Assembly: GCA_030652335.1 (NCBI GenBank)
Contig: JAUSAW010000010.1
Coordinates: 64,563 to 128,562, forward strand
Length of the DNA: 64,000 nucleotides
Direction: 5' to 3'
Source of the DNA: Gammaproteobacteria bacterium
GTDB taxonomy: Bacteria; Pseudomonadota; Gammaproteobacteria; Francisellales; CACEW01
The notes beneath the pieces were generated by a model. It was not told the DNA's origin, did not search any database, and was given only the letters and a program-made list of their open reading frames with translations. Each line of letters starts with the position of its first letter. Positions within the stretch are counted from its first letter, which is position 1. Shown in pieces: positions 27,376 to 37,341 of this stretch. A program made the translations under genes and the position numbers.

Positions 27376-29372
27376 AAAAATTCGAATTAGTTAGCCCCTA
27401 TAAGCCTGCCGGCGACCAACCTCAAGCAATCAAAAGTTTGATCGAGGGCTTAAGTGACGGCCTAGCCCATCAAGTCTTATTGGGTGTTACAGGCTCAGGT
27501 AAAACCTTTACCGTAGCCAATGTTATTCAAGCCGTGCAAAGGCCAACCTTAATCCTGGTGCATAATAAAACCTTAGCGGCACAATTTTATGGCGAGATGA
27601 AAGCCTTTTTCCCACATAATGCCGTGGAATATTTCGTGTCTTACTACGATTATTATCAGCCGGAAGCCTATGTGCCGGTCTCCGATACCTATATCGAAAA
27701 AGACGCTTCGATTAATGAACATATCGAGCAGATGCGACTCTCGGCCACTAAGGCCTTAATGGAAAATAACGATTCGATTATAGTGGCGACCGTATCGGCT
27801 ATTTATGGTTTGGGTGATCCCAAGGCCTATCTTTCTATGGTATTAATAGTCAATCGCGGTGAGACCGTTAATCAACGGGTTATTTTAAAACGCTTATCCG
27901 AATTGCAATATACCCGCAATGATTTGGCCTTTGAGCGCGCGACCTATCGAGTCCGCGGCGAGGTCATCGATATCTTCCCGGCTGAATCGGAAAAAGAAGC
28001 AATTCGCATCGAGTTATTTGGCGACGAGGTCGAAAATATTAGCTATTTCGACCCACTAACCGGCGAGATTTTACGTAAGGTGCCCAGGGTAACCGTTTAC
28101 CCTAAATCGCACTACGTCACGCCAAGACAAACCCTATTGGATATGGTGGAGCTCGTTAAGGTTGAATTAAAAGATCGATTAGAGGACCTGCGTTCGCAAA
28201 ATAAATTATTGGAAGCGCAGCGCTTAGAACAGCGCACCCGATTCGATATCGAAATGATATTAGAATTAGGCTATTGCTCAGGGATCGAAAACTATTCGCG
28301 CTATCTATCGGGTCGCAATGCCGGTGAGGCGCCGCCTACCTTATTTGATTATTTGCCGAAAAATGCCATGCTGGTAATCGATGAGTCTCATGTCACCATT
28401 CCCCAATTAGGCGCCATGTATAAAGGCGATCGCTCACGCAAAGAGAATTTAGTGAACTATGGCTTTAGATTGCCCTCGGCCCTCGATAATAGACCCTTAA
28501 AATTTGAAGAATTTAAAGATTTAGCGCCTCAAGCCATCTATGTATCAGCCACCCCCGGCCCTTATGAGCTAGAAAAAGCCGATAATGTCGCCGAGCAAGT
28601 CGTCCGCCCTACGGGCCTAGTCGATCCACAAATCGTGATTCGTCCGGTAGCCACTCAAGTCGATGACGTCCTATCTGAAATTAGGACCAGGACCAAACTC
28701 AATGAGCGGGTATTAATTACAACTTTAACCAAGCGGATGTCGGAAGATTTAACCGATTACCTAAGCGAGCACGATGTTAAGGTGCGCTATCTACATTCCG
28801 ATATCGAGACGGTAGAGCGGGTCGAGATATTACGCGATTTAAGGCTAGGCGTATTCGATGTATTGGTCGGCATTAATTTGTTGAGAGAAGGCTTGGATCT
28901 GCCGGAAGTATCGTTGGTGGCCATATTCGACGCCGATAAAGAAGGCTTTTTGCGCTCCGAGCGCGCCTTGATTCAGACTATTGGACGGGCTGCCCGTAAT
29001 GTCGAAGGCATCGCCATACTCTATGCAGATAGAATCACCAATTCCATGCAAAGAGCTATCGATGAAACAGACCGGCGTCGAGCCAAACAGGTGGCCTTTA
29101 ATATCGAGCATGGCATAACCCCAACCAGTATTAAGCGCGATATCCAAGATATTATGGAAGGGGCTTATAGCAACAAAGATCAACGCGCTAAAGCCAAGGT
29201 AGCTGAGCCTCGCGCTAACTATCAGGGCCTTACCTTAACTCAAATTACCAAGCAGATTAAGATTTTACAAAAACAGATGCGCGAGCATGCTAAAAATCTT
29301 GAGTTTGAAAAAGCCGCTAATGTTAGAGACCAGTTATTAGAATTGGAATATCTCTTAAAAACCGGTCTCTAG
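27369..29372 (+). CDS. uvrB: Excinuclease ABC subunit B
   Basis: ..[12 protein letters not shown].. Walker A, ..[14 protein letters not shown].. and ..VIDESHVT.. The C-terminal UVR domain is ..[17 protein letters not shown]... It overlaps the upstream GT9 gene by 7 nt. Confidence 0.97.
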
Positions 29373-29380
29373 GCATTTCG

Positions 29381-31117
29381 CTAAGCGGGGCTATTTTTCT
29401 TGTCTTTTTCTATATCACTTTCTGCCATATCATTTAACATGCATGAACTATAAAGCCACATCCGAAGCATTACCCTGGTCGAATCTATTGAGTCACTCCT
29501 GTCAATTGCCTCGGAATAGGGCTTTGCAGTCTCTAATAAGCAATCAATATCACCATGCTTAGAAGCAGGCAGCGTATTTTTTAAGGATCTCATTAGCTCT
29601 TCACGAATGGTAATGTATAAAGGCTTAGAGAAAAAACCGGCCACAACCATTACAAATACAAATCGTTCAGCACTGAATAAGGACGGGGTATAAGCCAGTT
29701 TTAAAATTTCCCATAAATTATTATCTGAGGGATAAGTGTGTGCTTCTAGCAGCTGTTGAATTGCTGTCAATATCTTAGCAAAAGCGTTTTTACGACCCTT
29801 ATTTTTATTCACGAAGGCGGTATAACTTTTATCGGTTAATAGTTTGTTTATAAGTTGTTCTAGCAATCTTTCATTGTTAGCCTTATCGTCGGCAGGGCTT
29901 GTCATAAGGGGCAGCATAGGAGCTTTTGCTGTAGGGGCTGGAAAAGCATCTAAAACCTTGCTTAAAACAGGGTTGATAGGTGCTTCCACCGATGGAGTGG
30001 GTGAAGGCCCAGGAGTTTTACTAACAGCAGGTTCTTCTAGTGATGGCGATGATAAAGATTCAACTGTTTTACCTGTAACAGGTTCTTTTACTGGCAGTGG
30101 TAGCGCAGATGCTTCATCTTCTACTATGACAGCAGGCCTTGCTAAAGGTGCGGAAGTTTCGGAACACACAGCAGCGGAAGGCGTCAGCTTAATGTGAGCC
30201 GGCAGATCTTCTATTGTGGCGGTTACTGAAGCACCATCAGCTTTGGAGGACGATAACACCTTTCCATAACCTGGGGCTTGTGCAGCGATTATTGTTCTTG
30301 CCGTACTAACAAAAGAGAGGTCGATGCGAGCACCATGCATTTTAAGAAAATTTGCTATGGTCAGATGGTTTTGCATTGCTACGAGTTTGGATTCATCTGG
30401 ATTGCTAATTAAAGCATCTCTATAAGCGACTAGACTTGGTAAAAAATCGGATGTCATTTCTGTGGCAGTAAATGTATTGGTGCTGTCGATAGTGCCAGTT
30501 TCATGCCATAGCTCTACGTCTGCACCATTATTAACAAGAATTTCTAGGGCTTTCAGGTCAAGATTTTTAAGGGCGAAGTATAGTGGTGTACAACGGTTGG
30601 AAGTGTTAATACCATGATCCCTAAAAAGGGCCATGTCATTAACATTAAAGCCTGCAGTAATGAGATCTTCCATAACCACATAAAGCTTATTTTTAGTAGC
30701 GATATGCAATAGACCTTTCCCTTTATGACTCTCGGCTGTGACTTCAAGAGCAAGGGAGATTTTAACAACTAAATTAGGATTTTCAGCTGGATTGCCAGGG
30801 TTAGCTCTCTGGAGAAAGTTGGGAAAATTAAGCCGGTTTTCAAATACGGCTTTAAGCAATTCTGTGTCCAGTAAAAACAACTCGTCTAATGGGAAAGGTC
30901 GAAAAGTAGTAATAAGATGTTTAAGCTTAGTCGTAACAGGGTCTATATCAGACCAGCGTGCTACTATAGCCTTGAGTTGACCCATGCTTGCTTCAGTTGT
31001 TTTGGCTGGTGCTTCCGTAAGCTCATTAACGCAAGCAGGAATAGACTTGTGGTAGATTTTGCCTATAAAGGCACTTAAGAGTTTTAACCTGATTATCTGG
31101 TCTTCGCTTCCGTGCAT
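29381..31117 (-). CDS. Ankyrin-containing hypothetical protein (578 aa), tandem paralog A
   Basis: MHGSEDQIIRLKLLSAFIGKIYHKSIPA.. aligns along its full length with 31213..32616. ANK-like ..CTPLYFALKNLDLKALEILVNNGADVELWHETG... It carries a ~115-aa P/S/T/A/E-rich insertion (about 29920..30271) absent from paralog B. Confidence 0.8.
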   Translation of the reverse strand: MHGSEDQIIRLKLLSAFIGKIYHKSIPACVNELTEAPAKTTEASMGQLKAIVARWSDIDPVTTKLKHLITTFRPFPLDELFLLDTELLKAVFENRLNFPNFLQRANPGNPAENPNLVVKISLALEVTAESHKGKGLLHIATKNKLYVVMEDLITAGFNVNDMALFRDHGINTSNRCTPLYFALKNLDLKALEILVNNGADVELWHETGTIDSTNTFTATEMTSDFLPSLVAYRDALISNPDESKLVAMQNHLTIANFLKMHGARIDLSFVSTARTIIAAQAPGYGKVLSSSKADGASVTATIEDLPAHIKLTPSAAVCSETSAPLARPAVIVEDEASALPLPVKEPVTGKTVESLSSPSLEEPAVSKTPGPSPTPSVEAPINPVLSKVLDAFPAPTAKAPMLPLMTSPADDKANNERLLEQLINKLLTDKSYTAFVNKNKGRKNAFAKILTAIQQLLEAHTYPSDNNLWEILKLAYTPSLFSAERFVFVMVVAGFFSKPLYITIREELMRSLKNTLPASKHGDIDCLLETAKPYSEAIDRSDSIDSTRVMLRMWLYSSCMLNDMAESDIEKDKKNSPA

Positions 31118-31212
31118 GATGTCGCCTTAAATAATAAAAAATGAAAGTTACTTTAATGCAAATTTTCGCTAGTAGCACCTGTTTTTAATAAAAATTTATA
31201 GATGTAAATTAT

Positions 31213-32616
31213 TTAGGGCGCATGGCCTGATGATGGAGTGGTAACCATAACTCCTGCTCCACACCTGGCTTCAACCAATGCGCTATCAATCTCAGCATCT
31301 AAGAATGGTGTGACGCATATCTTGCCTTTAGTTTCTAATACGCATTGGCTAAAGTGCTTAGCCATTTTCAATAGTAGTCGGGCAGTTTTTATGGTGTCCT
31401 TATTCGCTTGTATTACCGGACGAACTAACCCCTCAATAAGCTCTCTCGTGCTAATAGGGTCTCTATAATGCTGAGTGGTAAATGTTCCATTTAGGGCGAT
31501 TACAAAACAAACGCGTTCCGTATTATATATAGAAGCATTACGACAGACTAAATTTTGAATTTTTTCAAGGTCTTTAGCCGTTAAGCACTGACCTTCTTGC
31601 CGTAAATAAAAGGTGTAATCCAGTAAGGCCCCAAAAGTTTTTTGACGACTGCCCTTATGAGCGCTCACAAAAGCAGCGTATTGTTCATCATCGCTAAGCA
31701 TGTTAATGATTGAATAGATCAAAGGCTTGTCGGTGGGTATGTGTAAATCAGGGACTGCAAGTCGGATATTCTGTTTAATTATGGCTAATTTTTCCTGCTC
31801 AGCGATTTTTTCTTTTGCCCGCTCTACAAAAGAGAGGTCAATCTCAGCGCCATGCTCGTTTAGAAAGTTTGCTATTTCCAGGTAGGGTTCCATTTCGGTG
31901 AGCTTGGCCTCAGAAGGGCTGCTTTTTAAAGCATCCCTATATTCTACTAATTTTGGTAAAAAGTCGGGAATGCTGTGGGTGTGTATAAAGTATTTAGAGG
32001 CGTCAAGATAGCCAGCTTCATGCCATAGCTCTAAATTTGCGCCACTATTGATAAGAATTGTTATAGCTCCCAGGTCACAGTTGTTAAGGGCAAAAAAGAG
32101 TGGGTTACACAATATGCTAGTTCCGGTCGACTTTTCAATAAGAAGGGTCTTTTCATTAACATTAACCTTATCACTAATCATTTTTTTCATTGTCGAATGA
32201 AAACCTTGAGACGTGGCAGTATGTAATGCACGTGGGGCCTTATAATGTTCTGTTAGGTTTAGTAAAAGTTCTACAGTTTTTTTGAAGTCAGCAATTTTTT
32301 TGGTATTGGAGACATGGCGAATTACATCCTCGATACACTCCTTGCTTGTAAATAGTTTTTGTAGCTGTGCTTTGGAAAGCAACCATAAGTCATTTAATTG
32401 AGCGGGGTTAAGTAATTTGATGAATTTCTTTAATGCCGTAGTGACAGGATCTGTAGCAGGCAAGCCTGCTGCCATTGTATGAAGATCAACGATGCTTTTT
32501 TCGGTAATGTTAGTGGGCACCGTTATAAATTGACTTATATGGGCAGGAATAGCCTTGCCATATAGGTTACCTATAAAGGCTCTAAAGACTGTTAAATTAA
32601 TTACGCTTCCGTGCAC
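31213..32616 (-). CDS. Ankyrin-containing hypothetical protein (467 aa), tandem paralog B
   Basis: GTG start preceded by GAAGGAGAGG. (M)HGSVINLTVFRAFIGNLYGKAIPA... ANK-like ..CNPLFFALNNCDLGAITILINSGANLELWHEAG... The tail is ..EARCGAGVMVTTPSSGHAP. Confidence 0.8.
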   Translation of the reverse strand: MHGSVINLTVFRAFIGNLYGKAIPAHISQFITVPTNITEKSIVDLHTMAAGLPATDPVTTALKKFIKLLNPAQLNDLWLLSKAQLQKLFTSKECIEDVIRHVSNTKKIADFKKTVELLLNLTEHYKAPRALHTATSQGFHSTMKKMISDKVNVNEKTLLIEKSTGTSILCNPLFFALNNCDLGAITILINSGANLELWHEAGYLDASKYFIHTHSIPDFLPKLVEYRDALKSSPSEAKLTEMEPYLEIANFLNEHGAEIDLSFVERAKEKIAEQEKLAIIKQNIRLAVPDLHIPTDKPLIYSIINMLSDDEQYAAFVSAHKGSRQKTFGALLDYTFYLRQEGQCLTAKDLEKIQNLVCRNASIYNTERVCFVIALNGTFTTQHYRDPISTRELIEGLVRPVIQANKDTIKTARLLLKMAKHFSQCVLETKGKICVTPFLDAEIDSALVEARCGAGVMVTTPSSGHAP

Positions 32617-32753
32617 GATCCTCTCCTTCAGTATTACAAAGTAAGAGTTACTTTAATGCAAAGTTTTGCTGACAGCACCTATTTTTTAATAAAAACCTAT
32701 TTATATAAGTGTATTATAATCATAGTGAAGTCGATCGAGTAGCCATCATCATG

Positions 32754-34085
32754 CTAAATTAAACAACGCCTGCCGATCGAGTAATACTGGAAGCCTAGTT
32801 TTTTTAATTGGGCTGGATCATATAAATTACGCCCATCGAAAATAACCGAGCTAGTAAGTTTTTGTTTAATTACATCGAAATCAGGGCTTTTAAATACCGT
32901 CCATTCGGTCACAACCACTAAGGCATCGGCATTATCGAGCGCATGCTCAGCATGTTCGCATAGATGTAGATCATCGCGTTTACCAAAAGCCTTGGCGATA
33001 TTTGGCATGGCTTCAGGGTCATAAGCTTGCACCTTGGCGCCTGCTTTCCACAAACCTTCTAGTAATACCTGGCTTGACGCATCGCGAATATCATCGGTAT
33101 TGGGTTTAAAGGCTAAGCCCCATACGGCGATAGTTTTGCCAGTAAGGTCTTTGCCGAAGTGACTCTCAATTTTTTCCAGTAAAACGTGTTTTTGGCGTTG
33201 ATTCACTTCATGGACGGCGGTTAAGATTTGCGTATCGTAGCCATGCACCTTGGCGGTATGTTGCAAGGCCAGCACATCTTTAGGGAAGCAGGAGCCACCG
33301 TAGCCGCAGCCTGGGTAAATAAAGGAATAACCAATTCTGGCGTCTGAACCTATGCCATGCCTGACCTGTTCTATATCGGCACCGACTTTTTCGGCGATGC
33401 GGCTCATCTCATTCATAAAGCTAATTTTGGTCGCTAGCATGGCATTAGCGGCATACTTGGTCAATTCCGCCGAGCGCAGGTCCATGATAATCATTCTTTC
33501 ATGGTTGCGATTAAAGGGCGCGTAGAGAGCATGCATTTTTTCGATGGCTTTATCGGAGTTTGTGCCGATAACGATTCGGTCTGGGCGCATGCAGTCGGCA
33601 ATCGCCGATCCCTCTTTTAAAAACTCAGGATTGGATACTACGTCGAATTCAATCTTGAGGCCACGCGCCTCTAATTCGGCCTGGATAATTTCACGAACCT
33701 TATCGCCGGTGCCGACCGGTACGGTAGATTTATTGATAATAACGCGATAGTCACTCATATGCTGGCCGATGGTTTTAGCCACATTCCACACATAGTTCAT
33801 ATTCGCTGAGCCATCATCTGCTTGCGGAGTGCCTACCGCGATAAATATAAGCGTTGCATCGCTAATGGCTTTGGCAGCATCGGTAGTAAATTGTAGGCGT
33901 TGCTCGGCTATATTTTTTTTCAGTAATTCGGTTAGGCCAGGCTCATAGATTGGGGATTCACCTTGACTGAGACGCTCGACTCGAGCGGCATCTATATCGA
34001 CACAGGTCACGTGATTACCTACTTCTGAGAAGCAGGTACCCGTTACCAATCCTACATAGCCTGAACCAAATACTGATATGCGCAT
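32754..34085 (-). CDS. ugd: UDP-glucose 6-dehydrogenase
   Basis: [19 protein letters not shown].. and ..[10 protein letters not shown].. (catalytic Cys). 443 aa. Confidence 0.93.
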   Translation of the reverse strand: MRISVFGSGYVGLVTGTCFSEVGNHVTCVDIDAARVERLSQGESPIYEPGLTELLKKNIAEQRLQFTTDAAKAISDATLIFIAVGTPQADDGSANMNYVWNVAKTIGQHMSDYRVIINKSTVPVGTGDKVREIIQAELEARGLKIEFDVVSNPEFLKEGSAIADCMRPDRIVIGTNSDKAIEKMHALYAPFNRNHERMIIMDLRSAELTKYAANAMLATKISFMNEMSRIAEKVGADIEQVRHGIGSDARIGYSFIYPGCGYGGSCFPKDVLALQHTAKVHGYDTQILTAVHEVNQRQKHVLLEKIESHFGKDLTGKTIAVWGLAFKPNTDDIRDASSQVLLEGLWKAGAKVQAYDPEAMPNIAKAFGKRDDLHLCEHAEHALDNADALVVVTEWTVFKSPDFDVIKQKLTSSVIFDGRNLYDPAQLKKLGFQYYSIGRRCLI

Positions 34086-34094
34086 AATGTTCTC

Positions 34095-35135
34095 TTATGA
34101 ATCGAGGTTTTCGTCTGGATGCGCTAAATGATAATCGAGCGTTAGCTTTAAGGATTCTTCCATGCCAAATTTCGGCGCCCAATCGAGATACTTTCTAGCG
34201 TTGTCGATGGCGGGAACTCGGCTGCTCACATCTTGATAACCTTTACCATAATATTGCTCGGCGGTGACGTCGATAATCTTGGTGTTTAAGGCGCGTTCTT
34301 TAAAGGCAGGATATTTCGCTACCGCTTTAACGAGCATTTCAGCTAGTTCTTTAATGGAGAAGTCATTTTCCGGGTTGCCCAGGTTAAAGATGCGACGGTT
34401 CGCTTGATCATGGCGGCGGGCGATAATTTTAATTAAGGCATCGACTCCATCATCGATATAGGTAAAGCAACGGCGCTGTTTACCGCCATCTACTAATTGA
34501 ATGTCTTTGCCTTGGATAATATTGCCGATAAATTGGGTTAGGACTCGAGCGCTGCCTTCTTTAGGCACCAGGATATTGTCGAGCTTGGCACCGATCCAGT
34601 TAAAAGGACGGAATAAGGTGTAGTTAAGGCCGGCTTTATCGCCATAGGCATAGATAACTCGGTCCATCAATTGCTTGCTGCAAGAATAGATCCAGCGTTG
34701 TTTATTGATTGGGCCCAATACCAGGGTGCTGGTTTCTTCATCGAAGGGCACATCTGGGCTCATGCCATACACTTCTGAGGTGGAGGGGAACATAACATGT
34801 TTTTTGTATTTAACGCATTGGCGAATAATGGCGAGATTGGCTTCGAAATCTAGCTCAAATACATAAAGCGGGTTGGTCACATAGACGCTAGGGGTTGCCA
34901 CGGCCACTAAAGGTATGATGACATCGCATTTGCGGACATGGTATTCGATCCATTCTTTATTGATGGTGATATCGCCTTCTACAAAGTGGAAGCGCTCATG
35001 ATTGACGCAGCCTTCCAGTTTATGGGTGCCTAAATCCATCCCATATACTTCCCAATCGGTATCTCTTAAGATGCGCTCCGATAATGAGCTGCCGATAAAT
35101 CCATTCACGCCTAAAATTAATATTTTTACTGACAT
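34095..35135 (-). CDS. arnA: UDP-glucuronate oxidative decarboxylase, stand-alone homolog of the ArnA C-terminal domain (no formyltransferase domain)
   Basis: ILILGVNGFIGSSLSERIL..WEVYGMD..ERFHFVEGDITINKEWIEYHVRKCDVIIPLVAVATP..FELDFEANL.IIRQCVKYKK...FPSTSEVYGM matches the remembered E. coli ArnA residues ~315-440 almost motif for motif. The ORF begins at the Rossmann fold. Confidence 0.85.
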   Translation of the reverse strand: MSVKILILGVNGFIGSSLSERILRDTDWEVYGMDLGTHKLEGCVNHERFHFVEGDITINKEWIEYHVRKCDVIIPLVAVATPSVYVTNPLYVFELDFEANLAIIRQCVKYKKHVMFPSTSEVYGMSPDVPFDEETSTLVLGPINKQRWIYSCSKQLMDRVIYAYGDKAGLNYTLFRPFNWIGAKLDNILVPKEGSARVLTQFIGNIIQGKDIQLVDGGKQRRCFTYIDDGVDALIKIIARRHDQANRRIFNLGNPENDFSIKELAEMLVKAVAKYPAFKERALNTKIIDVTAEQYYGKGYQDVSSRVPAIDNARKYLDWAPKFGMEESLKLTLDYHLAHPDENLDS

Positions 35136-35146
35136 TATTGAAAATC

Positions 35147-36094
35147 CTATTTTTGTTCTGTTTGATCTTGCAAGATATGTTTAATGATAAATCGAGGCCG
35201 TTTACGCACTTCTTCATAAATCCGGCCAATATATTCGCCAACGATACCCAGCCCCATAAGTAAGATGCCGAGTAAAAAATACATAATAGCGAATAAGGTA
35301 AATACTCCCTGCACATCGGGCCCATGTATAATTCGCTCAACCATAAGGTAGGCAAACAATAACACACTTAAAAAGGCAATAACAAAGCCGATAATAGTAA
35401 AGGCCTCTAGCGGAGCCCTTGAAAAGTTAGCAAAGAAATCGAAGTTATAGCGAACGAGTTTATAAAAATTATAGCTGGATTCCCCGGCTTCGCGTGCAGC
35501 GTGGCGTACCGGCACATCGGTAGGATTGGCCGATAAGCTTACGGCTAAGGCTGGAATAAAGGTCGAGCTTTCTTCGCAGGCCACCATATTATCGATTACG
35601 GTGCGGCTGTAGGCGCGTAGCATACAGCCTTCATCGGCCATATGAATCTTAGTCAATTTTTCACGCAATACATTATGCATTCTTGAGAAGAATTTGCGCC
35701 AGGCTTTATCTTGACGGTTGGTGCGAATGCCGCCAACGACATCATGCCCTTTTTCAAAGGCTTCTAATAATAGCGGCATATCTTCTGGGAAATTTTGTAA
35801 ATCCGCATCCATAGTAAAGATGACTTCGCCGCGGACCTGTTCAAAGCCGGCCATAATTGCCATATGCTGGCCATAGTTTCGGTTAAATTCGACTACTCGG
35901 ACTTCTTTCGGGCGACGCTGATGAAGCTCTTTTAAGATTACGCTCGAACGGTCTTTACTGCCATCATTGACCAAGATCACTTCAAATGGTTTGGCCATAT
36001 GATCAAGGGTGGTAATCAGGCGCAAAAATAAGGTCTCGAGTGAGGCTTCTTCGTTATAGACTGGAATAACGACGCTAATATAAGGTTTATGCAT
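35147..36094 (-). CDS. arnC: Undecaprenyl-phosphate aminoarabinose(-like) transferase, GT2
   Basis: ..ISVVIPVYNEEASL..VILVNDGSKDRS..FNRNYGQHMAIMAGF....MDADLQN.PE.. and two C-terminal TM helices, as in ArnC. Confidence 0.85.
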   Translation of the reverse strand: MHKPYISVVIPVYNEEASLETLFLRLITTLDHMAKPFEVILVNDGSKDRSSVILKELHQRRPKEVRVVEFNRNYGQHMAIMAGFEQVRGEVIFTMDADLQNFPEDMPLLLEAFEKGHDVVGGIRTNRQDKAWRKFFSRMHNVLREKLTKIHMADEGCMLRAYSRTVIDNMVACEESSTFIPALAVSLSANPTDVPVRHAAREAGESSYNFYKLVRYNFDFFANFSRAPLEAFTIIGFVIAFLSVLLFAYLMVERIIHGPDVQGVFTLFAIMYFLLGILLMGLGIVGEYIGRIYEEVRKRPRFIIKHILQDQTEQK

Positions 36095-36218
36095 AATAAA
36101 GTATTCTCCAATTTAATGGCGCAAGCTCCATATTGTATCAGAAAACTTTTAATTGGGGAGTGCTATGTTGTGCTCTTGAGGCTAGAATATGAAAATCAGT
36201 AAATAATGGGAGCCTACT

Positions 36219-37076
36219 ATGCCGCTTGAGACAGATAAAAAAGATCCGAAAGGGTTGTTTTTGCAGCTGTTTGCTACCATTGCACTTTATATCAGTTTTG
36301 GCGGCCTGCTTAACCTGCTTTATGGTTATATCAATAATTATGAAAATAACTTTTCTTACTTTAGCCTTTATGAGATGCGCTTATCGCTTTCATGCTTAAT
36401 TATAGCCTTCCCGGTCTATGTGTTCTGTTGCTACCAGATTAAAAAAATGGCTATGCCGACTCGAAAATTCTTTGTGTATTTAACGCTATTTTTGGCGGCG
36501 ATTATCATACTCTATAAACTTATTATGCTACTGCTGGCCTTATTGACGGGTATAATTAGCCGCATTTTTATTCTTAAATTGATCGCATTAGTCTTATTGA
36601 CCGCTGGGACGGCTTGTTTTTATGTTAAGGAGGCCCGCGAGTCTATAGCGTATCAAAATAGTAAACTATTTATGAGCCTGAGCTCAATTATAGTCATCGT
36701 GGCGGTAGTATATGGTTTTAGCTTGGTAGGCTCTCCGACTAAAGTGAGATTAGCCAATCAGGATGAGGCAAGGTTAAGTGATTTAAGCAGTATACAGAGT
36801 AGAATCGGTTATTATTATGCACATAGAAAGCAGTTGCCCACTTCATTAGCTACCTTAACGAGCACCCAATCAGGCTACAAGGCCCCGGTTGATCCCGTCA
36901 CTCAAAATGCCTATGGCTATCATGTGCTTTCGCCACAAACTTATGAGCTTTGTGCTAGCTTTGCCTTAAATTCTTCCGATCCTCATGAAGCGAGTATCAA
37001 TGGCGGGCCGCCTAATTGGAGTTGGCAGCATGGCATAGGCCAAACCTGTTTTACCAGGAATATTACGGATTTATAA
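36219..37076 (+). CDS. Polytopic membrane protein (about 5 TM) with C-terminal pilin/pseudopilin-like globular domain
   Basis: RBS GGGAG. N-terminal hydrophobic helices. C-terminal ..NQDEARLSDLSSIQSRIGYYYAHRKQLPTSLATL..YKAPVDPVTQNAYGYHVLSPQTYELCASF.. follows the pattern R.SDL..I...L..YY.....P..L...DP....Y.Y......Y.LCA typical of type IV pilin-like ectodomains. Confidence 0.65.
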   Translation: MPLETDKKDPKGLFLQLFATIALYISFGGLLNLLYGYINNYENNFSYFSLYEMRLSLSCLIIAFPVYVFCCYQIKKMAMPTRKFFVYLTLFLAAIIILYKLIMLLLALLTGIISRIFILKLIALVLLTAGTACFYVKEARESIAYQNSKLFMSLSSIIVIVAVVYGFSLVGSPTKVRLANQDEARLSDLSSIQSRIGYYYAHRKQLPTSLATLTSTQSGYKAPVDPVTQNAYGYHVLSPQTYELCASFALNSSDPHEASINGGPPNWSWQHGIGQTCFTRNITDL

Positions 37077-37091
37077 GGTTTAAGCGTCTGG

Positions 37092-37150
37092 CAATTCAGT
37101 ACGCACTGCGTCCTATATTTCCAATTTGAAACGCAGTGCGTACCGAATTG
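37092..37150. repeat. 20-bp inverted repeat (1 mismatch) with 19-nt spacer
   Basis: CAATTCAGTACGCACTGCGT (37092..37111) pairs with ACGCAGTGCGTACCGAATTG (37131..37150). Confidence 0.7.
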
Positions 37151-37333
37151 AGTTGGGCGCATTATCGCAGTCTAATTCGCGTTAAAGGTGCATCAAAAAT
37201 CCTGCAAAAATCTAGGGAGGCTACAGAAAACCATTTTGCTGGCGTCAGCAAAATGGTAAGCCTTTGTTCTGAATCATCAGGAGAATTAAAAGAGGATTCA
37301 GTTATTAGGAAATTCCGAATAACTGCCACTTGA
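37100..37333 (+). pseudogene. Eroded gene fragments: DUF1016/YhcG-like piece followed by RhuM-like piece
   Basis: Translations: ..YALRPIFPI* then, frameshifted, ..VRTELSWAHYRSLIRV.. (cf. the DUF1016 motif ..FY..FPI....LSWSHYR.L.RV.., from memory). Later ..SGELKEDSVIRKFRITAT* (cf. RhuM-family ..EGEL.E.SV.RKFR.TA.DGK..). Both are far too short to be intact. Listed ORF 37136..37333 covers them. Confidence 0.3.
37231..37256. other. Perfect 11-bp hairpin inside the remnant region
   Basis: CCATTTTGCTG gcgt CAGCAAAATGG. Confidence 0.6.
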
Positions 37334-37341
37334 ATGGCTAA

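Noticed and set aside
37136-37333. Listed 65-aa ORF considered as an intact gene.
   Set aside because: It has a GTG start and no RBS, and its sequence is a patchwork of short fragments resembling two unrelated families. It is treated as eroded remnants.
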